DNA of 64,000 nt from an uncultured Bacteroidales bacterium (GCA_963765005.1 CAVXUP010000002.1:133640-197639); one strand, 5' to 3'. Positions 51,392-60,428 are shown, numbered from the stretch's first letter. Notes: a model not told the origin generated them from the sequence alone. Program-made: numbers and translations.

Positions 51392-51469
51392 AAAAGATAA
51401 AAGTCTAAAGACAAAAGTTTTCTTCAGCCTGACTTTTATCTTTTTACTTCCTGCCTGCCGGCAGGCAGG
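51392..51469. terminator. Bidirectional terminator region between convergent genes
   Basis: AAAAGATAAAAGTC (51392-51405) pairs with GACTTTTATCTTTT (51431-51444). A perfect 20-nt palindrome CCTGCCTGCCGGCAGGCAGG sits at 51450-51469. T-runs are present on both strands. Confidence 0.65.
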
Positions 51470-51487
51470 TTGTCTTTTATCTTCTCC

Positions 51488-52144
51488 TTAAAATCTTCCG
51501 AATTTAAAGGTTGCCATATAGGTGAAACCCTTCAGGGCTTCGGCATTCACCATCTCAGGAGGATTTGATCCTATCTCAAAAGCTGTTGTGAAACGGTAGG
51601 TAGCTCCGATCGAAAAACGAAAGTTCCGTGTTATATTGAGTTCAAGTTCAGCTCCGGGTTCGGCAATCAGAAAAGCCTGGGAATCCTCGATGAGGTTATG
51701 ATAGTCATTCCAGTCTTTTGTGATATATGATATGCCTCCTGCTCCGAAAAGACATGGGAATGCAATATGAACAGGAAAGTTTGGAGCGATAATTGGTTCA
51801 ACATAAAGCCCTCCATAGCCTCCTGTGAGGAACACGTCGGTGTTCAGCAGCGGCTCATAGTGATATTCATTGATAAAACCAGTTCCTCCGAACCCGAAAC
51901 CTATGCTGTGGCTTGCGACCCACATGAATCTTCCTCCGAACAGTATTGCCTGGTCGTTGTTGATTTCAGAATAGCCGACAGTAAAGGATCCGTACATTCC
52001 TCCTGAACGGTTATGGCCAAGTATTGTCTGAAATTCCTTTTGTTCGTTTTTATCCTTCTTTTTCTTCGATGAATCAGCCTCTTGTGAGAACGCTGCAGAA
52101 ACAAAAAAGATGAGAAGTGTTGTTAAAATAATCCTGTTTTTCAT
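51488..52144 (-). CDS. Hypothetical outer-membrane beta-barrel protein
   Basis: Start MKNRIILTTLLIFFVSAAFSQ (signal peptide) preferred, since the ORF-track start at 52216 would overlap the upstream gene. Gly/aromatic-rich strands and a C-terminal F. Confidence 0.6.
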   Translation of the reverse strand: MKNRIILTTLLIFFVSAAFSQEADSSKKKKDKNEQKEFQTILGHNRSGGMYGSFTVGYSEINNDQAILFGGRFMWVASHSIGFGFGGTGFINEYHYEPLLNTDVFLTGGYGGLYVEPIIAPNFPVHIAFPCLFGAGGISYITKDWNDYHNLIEDSQAFLIAEPGAELELNITRNFRFSIGATYRFTTAFEIGSNPPEMVNAEALKGFTYMATFKFGRF

Positions 52145-52163
52145 GGGTGTCCTGTATTTAATT

Positions 52164-52676
52164 TTAAAATATATATGCCATGCTAAATGCGAAATCTGCC
52201 GGAACAACCCTGACAAATGCAGGGATTGTCAATTCAATGAATGGTTTGTAGTTAAGGCTTACGGTAAGAGGTATGTCTTCGATCCGGTATTCGAGCGCCA
52301 GCCATCCGTCGGCACCGAAAAGCGGCATGAATCGTTCATTTCTGTAATAATAATCCTCTCCCATGAATCTTACATGATCGGAGTACGAAAACCCAAGATG
52401 CCCGCCGTAACCCCATGAAAAGAGAAGGTTTGGTGAGATATTGTCGAGGCTTGATTCATAAAAAATCCGTAAACCGGTTACCTGTATTCCGCTCTCCTTG
52501 AAACTGAGCAGTGTGTTAAAGCCAACCTCTGCAGTTCCTGCTTCCTGGCTTACCTGGTAGAAAATGCCGCTCCTGTAGCCAAAACGGAATCCTGCCTGCT
52601 TTGTGACAAACTGTCCATTAAGTAGCGACGGAGCAAGAAACAGGAAGATAAGAAATGGGTAGATTTGTTTTTTCAT
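52164..52676 (-). CDS. Hypothetical small outer-membrane beta-barrel protein
   Basis: Signal peptide MKKQIYPFLIFLFLAPSLLNGQ, alternating strand pattern, C-terminal AYIF. Confidence 0.55.
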   Translation of the reverse strand: MKKQIYPFLIFLFLAPSLLNGQFVTKQAGFRFGYRSGIFYQVSQEAGTAEVGFNTLLSFKESGIQVTGLRIFYESSLDNISPNLLFSWGYGGHLGFSYSDHVRFMGEDYYYRNERFMPLFGADGWLALEYRIEDIPLTVSLNYKPFIELTIPAFVRVVPADFAFSMAYIF

Positions 52677-52749
52677 AATGTTGTATTACTTTTTTGAATT
52701 GTTTGAATAAAGACACAAAAGCAAGAGCTTAGTTGCATGTCTTTGTATT

Positions 52750-53853
52750 TTATTTGATATAAATATTACCTCTTGTAGCGTCAATTTTTACTTTTGCCGA
52801 TCCTGCATTCTGGCCGAAGGTGCCGTAGGTTATATACTCCTTTTTATCCTGGTTAAGGGTCTTTTGCTCGGTTTTAATATTCTTCGGAGGCAGCACAACG
52901 AAGGTGTTCAGATGTCTGATTTCGAGCGTGTATGACGAGTTCTCTTCAAACTCCAGTGAGACGTCAGTGTAGCCTGAATTTATATTTATTGCATCGAAAC
53001 CCCTGCCGACCTGGTCAACATTAATCTTACCATACCTTGTTGAGATGTTTGATTCGCTGTTCAGCTTTCCTATCCTGAATTCCGTGAAATAGGCGCTTCC
53101 TTTGAGCATGTTGATTTCGTCGATAGAAAATTTATCTCTTCGTGAATCCAAATCAATATTACCGGCTTTTCTGATCTCGTATTTCGAGGAAACTGAATTG
53201 ATTGTCAGGTCTTCTGCCTCTTCAAGTGAAACTTCTGAAAACGAAGCCATTATTTTTCCCGATGCCAGAGATTTGATTGTGGCGTCGCAAAATGAAAATG
53301 TCAGTGCTGCAGATCTGCTTAGATTATTTGCCTTGAAGGACCCGTTCGAAACGGCAACTGTAATATCTCCCCGATGATTTTCCATTACCACATCGCCGTA
53401 CTTACTGTCAATCCTCATGTTAAGGTATTCAGGGACATTGACATAATAGTTTATTTCAACTCTGGATTCGTACGATATGATTTTACTTGTCATCCCCTTG
53501 AAGTTCTCGAATATCATATTAATATTCTGGTTAAATTCTGTCTGGACTTTAAGCAGCGATTTGGTTTCAGCAAAATTGACAGAGATGCCTTCGAACATTT
53601 TTTTAAGCTTGGCATCGCTGGTGGAATAAGCTTTCAATTCAACCCTTACATATGCTGAGTCTTTATCCCATGTAGTTATGTGCATTGTTCCGTACTTGTT
53701 TGTAAGCTCAAGCCACGACTCCTTATTGACGCTTACACTCTTCATGAAGCTGCGGACTTCAGTTTCACCCTGCCCGTATGCCGAACAGGAGAGAAGCCCG
53801 ATCACGAAGACCTGAAGAATGGTTCTATAGTTCATTATCTTTATTTTTTTCAA
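52750..53853 (-). CDS. DUF4097-like putative adhesin/beta-helix protein
   Basis: Signal peptide. Repetitive G-D/N-I-x-V strand motifs (YGDVVMENHRGDITVAVSNGSF, RGNIYIK). Overlaps the anti-sigma gene's end. Confidence 0.6.
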   Translation of the reverse strand: MKKIKIMNYRTILQVFVIGLLSCSAYGQGETEVRSFMKSVSVNKESWLELTNKYGTMHITTWDKDSAYVRVELKAYSTSDAKLKKMFEGISVNFAETKSLLKVQTEFNQNINMIFENFKGMTSKIISYESRVEINYYVNVPEYLNMRIDSKYGDVVMENHRGDITVAVSNGSFKANNLSRSAALTFSFCDATIKSLASGKIMASFSEVSLEEAEDLTINSVSSKYEIRKAGNIDLDSRRDKFSIDEINMLKGSAYFTEFRIGKLNSESNISTRYGKINVDQVGRGFDAININSGYTDVSLEFEENSSYTLEIRHLNTFVVLPPKNIKTEQKTLNQDKKEYITYGTFGQNAGSAKVKIDATRGNIYIK

Positions 53854-54373
53854 TATCTGTTTCGCTTTCTTTCAGAACACTCATCATCTCTTCAAGAATC
53901 CTGATGCGGGTCCTGTAATTCTGAATCAATGCTTCTACAACCTCCTGGTTGTCAACATTATCCTTCAGATCTTTCTTTATATCTATACATATACTGTCAA
54001 GCTGAGCTATATCTATGTTCAGCTCCTTTTCTGCTTCCGGGTGTGCATTAAGCAGGGGTGTAGCATCGATGTAGAGCGACTTGATCAGGTTTGTATAGTA
54101 GATCTCAGCCTCTCTCAGCTCAGGATTTGCGTTCTCAAAAGCCGCACCTGATCTGCTTCCCCTGCCTCCTGACTGGAATATGCCAGTCTGTCGCGAGACC
54201 AGAACAGTGATCCCCAGCAAAACCACAGCCATTGCAGCAATGTTTATCCATTTTGTCTTAAGTGACTTTCGTCTTTTAAGTTCTCTGCTGATTTGATCCC
54301 ATGTTTCAGCAGGAGGTGTGTATCTGTCAAGATCCTCCCTGTTTTTCCTGATATGTTCTTCAAGCCTGTTCAT
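53825..54373 (-). CDS. Putative anti-sigma factor (single TM)
   Basis: Starts 1 nt after the ECF sigma stop. Short cytoplasmic N-terminus, a TM segment (WINIAAMAVVLLGITVLV) and a helical periplasmic part. Confidence 0.6.
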   Translation of the reverse strand: MNRLEEHIRKNREDLDRYTPPAETWDQISRELKRRKSLKTKWINIAAMAVVLLGITVLVSRQTGIFQSGGRGSRSGAAFENANPELREAEIYYTNLIKSLYIDATPLLNAHPEAEKELNIDIAQLDSICIDIKKDLKDNVDNQEVVEALIQNYRTRIRILEEMMSVLKESETDIEKNKDNEL

Positions 54374-54374
54374 G

Positions 54375-54914
54375 TTAATGTTTTTTTAGAAGCAGATTTC
54401 TAAGCTTTTCCTTTGCCCTTGAATACTGCGATTTTGAAGTTGACTCTGTTATATCAAGTATGCCTGCAATTTCTGAGTGATCATAACCCTCCAGAAGGTA
54501 GAGTGTGAGGATAACTCTGTAGCCGTCGGGAAGCAGCTCTATGCATTTAATGATTTTTGAGTTGTCATATACAAGATCCTCTTCCTCTTCCTCGTATACA
54601 TTCTCCGGAAGTTTTTCACACAATGTGAGGTCAATCTTCTTCTTTTTAAGCTGGTTCAGGCATTTATTAATTACTATCTTTTTGAGCCATGCACCGAACG
54701 TTGAATCAAACCGGAAGGATTTCAGGTTCCGGAAGCATTCAATAAATGCCTCCTGAAGCATATCCTCAGCTTCTTCGCGGTTGTTCATTATCCTGTATGC
54801 AAGGTTATACATTGCTTTTGAGTATTGGTTATATAGCTTGAACTGGGCATAACTGTCACCCTTCTTGCATTCCTCAATAAGAGGTGCATGTATATGAATG
54901 TTTAAATTATCCAC
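54375..54914 (-). CDS. ECF-type RNA polymerase sigma-70 factor
   Basis: Region 2 (YNLAYRIMNNREEAEDMLQEAF...W) and region 4 HTH (SEIAGILDITESTSKSQYSRAKEKL). Confidence 0.9.
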   Translation of the reverse strand: MDNLNIHIHAPLIEECKKGDSYAQFKLYNQYSKAMYNLAYRIMNNREEAEDMLQEAFIECFRNLKSFRFDSTFGAWLKKIVINKCLNQLKKKKIDLTLCEKLPENVYEEEEEDLVYDNSKIIKCIELLPDGYRVILTLYLLEGYDHSEIAGILDITESTSKSQYSRAKEKLRNLLLKKH

Positions 54915-54980
54915 CTGTTAAGCTTACCTGATTACAAAGACAATATGAAGAACCCGGGGTTGCATGTTTTCGAAGAAAAT

Positions 54981-56594
54981 CTATTTATTTTTTATTAAGG
55001 GGATGGCAATGAAAACTGTTGTGAGTAGCATGATGCTGACTATGAGAGATATAAACAAAATATAGTCTCCGTATTTTACATATGGAGTTATGGCTGACTC
55101 AGGATATATTTTCCCTCTGAGCACTGCTGGTACCCACCATTCACTCTCAATGGTTCTCTTTCCTCTTATATCGATTATGCATGAAATGCCGGTATTTGCT
55201 GCCCTGGCAACCGGGCGGCGTGTTTCAATTGCCCTCAGGGAAGCGTAACTAAGATGATGCCTGTAGCCGCCTGTATTCTTCCACCAGCCATCATTTGTAA
55301 TAATGAATAGCGCTTCAGCGCCGTTCCTTACATATTCGGCAACATAGTTCCCAAAGGCTGATTCATAACATATAATTGGAGCAACCTTGTAATGAAGCAA
55401 GGGGTGCTCAAAGCAAGACCTCTCATCCTGAATTCCATATCCCCACTTTGTGCCTCCCAGGTAAGGAAGGATTCTTGCCGCAATTCTTCCGAGCCCATTC
55501 GAAAACTGCATCTCAATCCCGGGCACAAGTTTCGACTTGTGGTAAACTTCTATTATCTTTCCTGTATCGATCCTGAATGCTGAGTTGTAATAGTCGTAAT
55601 AAGCACCTGATTCATCCTTTTTCCTCGCGCTTTTTGTAGGCGGATTCTCCGCCGGAGGGTAAATTCTAAAGCTTACCAGTCCTGCAATAATGGATGCATC
55701 GGGATAGCGCCGGGCAAGTCTTTTTATAAGCCTGATGTATCGGTCCTCTTCCGGTGCTTCGAGGTCCAGCGGATCATCAACAATTGTCTCGGGAGTTATT
55801 ATCCAGTCGCTTTCCACGGTTGCAGACGAAGCAGCAATTCCGAGTATATTTTCAAGCTGCTCAATAAAAGGGATCCGGTACTTTTCACTGTAAGGATCTG
55901 AATTAGGCTGTACTATTACAAGCTCACTCTGTTTTGAGGTGGTTTGCTTTATTGTAAGGTACCTTGTTACGGAATAGAGTGAGGGTAAGACCAGAAGTAT
56001 CAGCCAGAATAACAGAATAGTTTTGTATCTGCGGTATCCGCTGTTGTAGTTGGCCAGGGCAGAAGCAAGCAAAAGATTCGACAGAAGTATCCAGAGGGAT
56101 CCGCCTCCTGTTCCTGTTAATTCATACCATTGAATAAACAGGATATCTTTTGCCAGGCCGTTGCCCAGATTTATCCAGGGAGTAATTATATTTATATTAA
56201 GTGTAGCATATTCAAGTGTGAGCCAAAATGATACCATAGCAATGAAACCGGGCAGATTACCTGCCCTGAGCCTTATAACATGGGCCAGCCACATTGTAAA
56301 TGACATCAGGAACGACATCCCGAGAATTACGGTGACAGCCCCGGTCATTGTTGCCACTCTCATCCATCCCAGGGTCATGATACTGAATGCAAAGAATCCC
56401 GGTAAAAGGTAAATAAAGAATGCATTGGGCGTATATCTCTCCCTGTTATTGTAAATATGGTCTTCAATCAGGAAGAAGGGGATGAAGCTGAAAAGAAGAA
56501 TTAGTCCGGGGCACCAGCCTGTCCAGGCGAGTCCCGAGCCCGCTCCGCCTGTTATCGATAATGCAATAAGGGTATATCTGTTAAATGAGGTCAT
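54981..56594 (-). CDS. lnt: Apolipoprotein N-acyltransferase
   Basis: Multi-TM N-terminal half plus a nitrilase-like domain (PIICYES catalytic Cys, ITNDGWW). Start MTSFNRY at 56594 preferred over 56753, which would overlap the divergent gene. Confidence 0.9.
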   Translation of the reverse strand: MTSFNRYTLIALSITGGAGSGLAWTGWCPGLILLFSFIPFFLIEDHIYNNRERYTPNAFFIYLLPGFFAFSIMTLGWMRVATMTGAVTVILGMSFLMSFTMWLAHVIRLRAGNLPGFIAMVSFWLTLEYATLNINIITPWINLGNGLAKDILFIQWYELTGTGGGSLWILLSNLLLASALANYNSGYRRYKTILLFWLILLVLPSLYSVTRYLTIKQTTSKQSELVIVQPNSDPYSEKYRIPFIEQLENILGIAASSATVESDWIITPETIVDDPLDLEAPEEDRYIRLIKRLARRYPDASIIAGLVSFRIYPPAENPPTKSARKKDESGAYYDYYNSAFRIDTGKIIEVYHKSKLVPGIEMQFSNGLGRIAARILPYLGGTKWGYGIQDERSCFEHPLLHYKVAPIICYESAFGNYVAEYVRNGAEALFIITNDGWWKNTGGYRHHLSYASLRAIETRRPVARAANTGISCIIDIRGKRTIESEWWVPAVLRGKIYPESAITPYVKYGDYILFISLIVSIMLLTTVFIAIPLIKNK

Positions 56595-56752
56595 GTCGGA
56601 AGAAATTATAATGTGAATTAAAAAGCACCTGAAGAAAAAGCAATCTGTCTTGATGCAAAAATAAGATAAGTGGGGCACAAGGTGATAAAAACTGCTCAGT
56701 TTGTGAGGATTGTTTGTATCTGATGGAGTTAAACTAATTATATTTGACGGCA

Positions 56753-57400
56753 ATGAACGATGGTGTATTTCCTGCTATTGAGTTACTGCTTAAGGGTATT
56801 ATTCTTGGGCTGACTGTATCTGTGCCCCTGGGACCGATAGGTATTATATTGATTAACAGAACAATAAAAAGGGGCGTGCTCTCAGGATTTTTTTCAGGTC
56901 TGGGCCTTGCTGCAGCAGATTTGATTCTTGCAATAGTTTCGGGCCTTGGGTTTTCGATAATCATAAATTTTGTTCTTGATCACCGGTTTAGTCTCAGTAT
57001 CGTTGCCGGAATAATAATAATTCTGACAGGAGTGAAGGTCCTTCTGTCAAATCCTGTCAGGGAATTCAGGAACAGGGAGAAATCTGAAAAGTCCTTATGG
57101 CGCGATTTCTATTCTGTTTTCATGCTTGCAATTACAAATCCCTATACAATCTTCATTTTTGTGGCCTTCTTTTCGGGGGTAAGTGTAAGCGGGGATGTAA
57201 GGCCTGAACATGTACCCTTTCTTCTGATCCCTGGTATTTTTATTGGCACACTCGGATGGTGGTTCTTCCTGAGTTACTTCGTCAGCAGGTTTAAGATGAA
57301 TTTCAGGTTGAGGGTCATTCTGAGGATTAATATAATTGCAGGGATAACAATCATTATATTGGGAGTATTAGTACTGTTAAGTGTTTTCGCCGTCATCTGA
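56753..57400 (+). CDS. LysE/RhtB-family amino-acid exporter
   Basis: About 215 aa, 5-6 TM, N-terminal GLTVSVPLGPIGIILINRTIKRG motif. The ATG at 56753 is preferred over the TTG at 56744. Confidence 0.7.
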   Translation: MNDGVFPAIELLLKGIILGLTVSVPLGPIGIILINRTIKRGVLSGFFSGLGLAAADLILAIVSGLGFSIIINFVLDHRFSLSIVAGIIIILTGVKVLLSNPVREFRNREKSEKSLWRDFYSVFMLAITNPYTIFIFVAFFSGVSVSGDVRPEHVPFLLIPGIFIGTLGWWFFLSYFVSRFKMNFRLRVILRINIIAGITIIILGVLVLLSVFAVI

Positions 57401-57517
57401 GAGGTGTTGATTGATTCAAGCAGCAGGTTGATCAAAAGGGATGTTTATATATTGCAAATTGAAAAGAATTAGTATATTTTTACAATAGGTCATTATTACA
57501 GGAATTAATACTCTTAA

Positions 57518-57997
57518 ATGAAACGCTGTTTATCGATAATTTTCCTGCTCGCTCTTGTTCTTTCGGTCAAGTCGCAGGTTAAGCATGAAGTGATTTCAAG
57601 TGCCGGAGATTTCAGCATTAACGGCAGTGTATCGATAAGCTGGACACTTGGAGAAACAGTGATCCCGACTTATCAAAACGGCGATGTTATCCTTACTCAT
57701 GGGTTTCAGCAGCAACTGATAGTAGCTACTCTTGAAAAAAACCTTGATCTGCAGGTTGAGATCCTTATCTATCCAAATCCTGCGAGTGATATGCTGAATC
57801 TTCGATTTGGCTCCCCAACCGCAGAAGTTATGACGCTCAATCTTTTTGATACAAGGGGGCAGTTGGTAAAAACTGTTATTGTTGAGGCATCCTCATCTGA
57901 AAAACAGATAAATATGCAGGATATGGCTGCAGGCTTATACTATCTTAAACTGACAAAAGGAAAACTTTCGAACGTATATAAAGTTGTAAAACTTTAA
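57518..57997 (+). CDS. Small T9SS C-terminal-sorting-domain protein
   Basis: Signal peptide, then IYPNPASDMLNLRF...GLYYLKLTKGKLSNVYKVVKL, a typical Por-secretion tail. Confidence 0.75.
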   Translation: MKRCLSIIFLLALVLSVKSQVKHEVISSAGDFSINGSVSISWTLGETVIPTYQNGDVILTHGFQQQLIVATLEKNLDLQVEILIYPNPASDMLNLRFGSPTAEVMTLNLFDTRGQLVKTVIVEASSSEKQINMQDMAAGLYYLKLTKGKLSNVYKVVKL

Positions 57998-58049
57998 GAA
58001 GAAGCTTTTTACTGTCCAAAAAAGCAGTTTTTACATTCTTTTCATGGCT

Positions 58050-58080
58050 GCCCCTGACTTCCGAGTCAGGGGCTTTTTTT
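58050..58080 (+). terminator. Rho-independent terminator
   Basis: GCCCCTGACT / AGTCAGGGGC 10-bp stem with a UCCG loop and a T7 run. Confidence 0.85.
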
Positions 58081-58084
58081 GTGT

Positions 58085-58311
58085 AGCCGCATAGCGGCTT
58101 TCTGTTTGTAGAATTAAGTATTCTGGTTATTTATGAGCCGCGTAGCGGCTTTCTGTTTGTAGAAATAAGTATTCTGGTTATTTATGAGCCGCGTAGCGGC
58201 TTTCTGTTTGTAGAATTAAGTATTCTGGTTATTTATGAGCCGCGTAGCGGCTTTCTGTTTGTAGAACGATGATTCTTATGATTTATGAGCCACGTAGTGG
58301 CGACCTGTATC
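58085..58311. repeat. Tandem array of a 51-bp unit (4 full units and 1 partial), each carrying the hairpin AGCCGC-RTA-GCGGCT followed by TTCTGTTTGTAGAA
   Basis: Unit starts read at 58085, 58136, 58187, 58238 and 58288. Units 1-3 are nearly identical including the inter-hairpin parts. Confidence 0.9.
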
Positions 58312-58415
58312 AGATTTTTAATAACTTTATTCTATTGTTTCCTAATTGAACCAACAAGGTATTTTGTCGTTTATCAGCATAATTATCTTATTATAAGAAC
58401 TTAATTCTGATTTTT

Positions 58416-58877
58416 ATGGCTAATACTTATACTAAAATTTACCTTCACCTTGTCTTTTCTCCAATGGGCCATGAGAATGTAATTCCTGTAAGACATAAGG
58501 AAGAATTGCAAAAATATACTGCCGGAATTATACAAAACCGGAAACATAAACTACTGGCGATAAATTTTATGCCTGATCATGTGCATATTTTTATAGGATA
58601 TTCACCTTCGCAGGCTTTACCTGATTTATTGAGAGATATCAAAGCGAACACTTCAAAATTTATTAACGAAAAGAAATGGATGCCTGGCAGATTCCAATGG
58701 CAGGAAGGTTACGGTGCATTTTCATACGGGCATTCACAGATCAATGACGTTATCCATTACGTAAATTCACAGGAGGAGCATCATAAAAGAGCCTCATTCA
58801 GGGAGGAGTATCTTAAATTATTAGAGAAATTTGATGTTGATTTTGATCCAAAGTATATGTTTGAATGGATAGAATAA
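58416..58877 (+). CDS. Y1 HUH transposase of the IS200/REP-associated tyrosine transposase (RAYT) type
   Basis: 153 aa, KIYLHLVFS, HUH motif PDHVHIF, and a Tyr region QEGYGAFSY. Flanked by inverted hairpin repeats. Confidence 0.85.
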   Translation: MANTYTKIYLHLVFSPMGHENVIPVRHKEELQKYTAGIIQNRKHKLLAINFMPDHVHIFIGYSPSQALPDLLRDIKANTSKFINEKKWMPGRFQWQEGYGAFSYGHSQINDVIHYVNSQEEHHKRASFREEYLKLLEKFDVDFDPKYMFEWIE

Positions 58878-59010
58878 CAGGTCGCTCCACTGGAGCTAAG
58901 GTTGAATTATTAAGACGTTATCTACAAACAGGGCGTCCCTGACGGGACTGAGAGAACTGGTTGTGCTCATAAAGTATTTATCTGGAGCTTGTAGAATAAT
59001 CTGGTTTTTT
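58877..59010. repeat. Downstream REP-like segment related to the upstream array, mostly in inverted orientation
   Basis: ACAGGTCGC (58877-58885) is the inverse of GCGACCTGT (58300-58308). TCTACAAACAG plus a hairpin GTCCCTGACGGGAC follows. GCTCATAAA is the inverse of TTTATGAGC. Confidence 0.7.
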
Positions 59011-59024
59011 TAAATCAATAAGTA

Positions 59025-59483
59025 ATGTTAAACGATAAACAGATGCTTAAACTTACTCAGGATCAGATCAAAGAAATCGCAGAAGAACTTGACTGCGGTA
59101 TGAGATGCTACATTAATAAAGAAACAGGGGAGATAAAATCTGTGCTTAATTTTGAAAGCTGGAATACCGATGACAGAGAACCCTGGAATGATGTTCTGAA
59201 TGAGATAGAAGAGAATTGGGATAAATACTTAGAGATAGATGGCATGGAATCCCACGAATCATTTAAGGTAATGGCTGACTTTGCTGAAAATGTTAATAGC
59301 AAGGAACTGAGGAATGCACTCATTGATGCATTAAATAGAAAACATCCATTCCAGAACTTCAATTGGGTTATGGATAATTCCGGTACATATCGTAAGGAAT
59401 GGTTTGACTTCAAAAACCAGAAATTGATCGAATGGGTCAGAAATCAAATTGAGATCATAGATTTTGAAAACCATAATGAATAA
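59025..59483 (+). CDS. UPF0158-like hypothetical protein
   Basis: 152 aa, acidic, with a C-terminal KHPFQNFNWVM...WFDFKNQKLIEWV pattern resembling UPF0158. The assignment is from memory. Confidence 0.5.
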   Translation: MLNDKQMLKLTQDQIKEIAEELDCGMRCYINKETGEIKSVLNFESWNTDDREPWNDVLNEIEENWDKYLEIDGMESHESFKVMADFAENVNSKELRNALIDALNRKHPFQNFNWVMDNSGTYRKEWFDFKNQKLIEWVRNQIEIIDFENHNE

Positions 59484-59490
59484 CATGGCT

Positions 59491-59526
59491 GCCCCGGTCC
59501 GCTCAACAGCGGAACGGGGCTTTTTT
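59491..59526 (+). terminator. Rho-independent terminator
   Basis: GCCCCGGTCCGC / GCGGAACGGGGC stem with one mismatch, followed by T6. Confidence 0.85.
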
Positions 59527-59615
59527 AGTATGTTGTAATCAAGAAAACCAGCATTTTTGACCTTTTAAAGCTAATTTGTTTCTAACTTAATAGTGAAATC
59601 GAGATTGCTGATATT

Positions 59616-60332
59616 ATGAAATATCTCCTGTCATTCGTTGTGCTCATGCTAGCACTGATTATTACTGGTTGTGCAACTGTTGATACCACATCACAGCATG
59701 GTTTCCATTCGGATTACTATAAGTTCGAAAAAGACAAAAAGGAAGTTTCCCGGGTATATGCTGAGGTCTCCGAAGATTCGGTCTTTATTTATAAGCTCAG
59801 GGAAGGAAGCACCGGGATCCCTGAGACTGAATCGGTAATTGGTTCAAGGATAAGCACCATTGACCCTGAAAACTATCTTTTTAACAGCAGGTTTGTTAAG
59901 AATTCCATCGAGGTTGATCTTTCAACTATAATAACGAAGCTTCGTCCGGCTGTGTCCGGAGTGCCTGTTCAGCTTAATGCCAACATTAATGCCCTTATTT
60001 ACATGGGTGCACGGAAGGACTTTTATATCCTCCGTACACGGAAATCTGTGCTTAACAGGAGCAGTTCACATATAAAACATCTGGGTTATGATGTCGGGAT
60101 TTTTGGAGGAATTGGCATTACACCTGTTAATCCAACTGTAACCAATGATAATACAGCTCTGGAATATGATGGTATTGTTTTTCAGAAAGGAATTGGTGCC
60201 TTCATTACTGTCGACAATATATCAATTGGTCTTACACTGGGATTTGATAACCTGTTGAACAGCGATTCAAAAATATGGATATACAATAACAAACCATATA
60301 TTGGTATCGCTATCGGAATCGCCAATTTCTGA
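59616..60332 (+). CDS. Hypothetical lipoprotein
   Basis: Lipobox LIITGC; no recognisable domain. Confidence 0.55.
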   Translation: MKYLLSFVVLMLALIITGCATVDTTSQHGFHSDYYKFEKDKKEVSRVYAEVSEDSVFIYKLREGSTGIPETESVIGSRISTIDPENYLFNSRFVKNSIEVDLSTIITKLRPAVSGVPVQLNANINALIYMGARKDFYILRTRKSVLNRSSSHIKHLGYDVGIFGGIGITPVNPTVTNDNTALEYDGIVFQKGIGAFITVDNISIGLTLGFDNLLNSDSKIWIYNNKPYIGIAIGIANF

Positions 60333-60428
60333 ATCTGCCGTGAATATTGTTAAAATTGGTTAAATAGTAAGCCAGAGGAATAGCACATGCCCATTTTAAT
60401 TATATTGCGGCTGATAAAACTTTTTGCG

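Noticed and set aside
56734-56964. 76-aa minus-strand ORF overlapping the LysE gene start
   Set aside because: It is antisense to a well-formed multi-TM transporter gene, and the lnt start is better placed at 56594. It has no supporting signals.
58085-58311. CRISPR array: regularly spaced ~30-nt palindrome-containing repeats with ~21-nt intervening segments
   Set aside because: The intervening 'spacers' are nearly identical from unit to unit (TTAAGTATTCTGGTTATTTAT), so this is a 51-bp tandem repeat rather than repeat plus unique spacers. No cas genes are present, and the adjacent gene is a Y1 transposase, so a REP/BIME-like array fits better.
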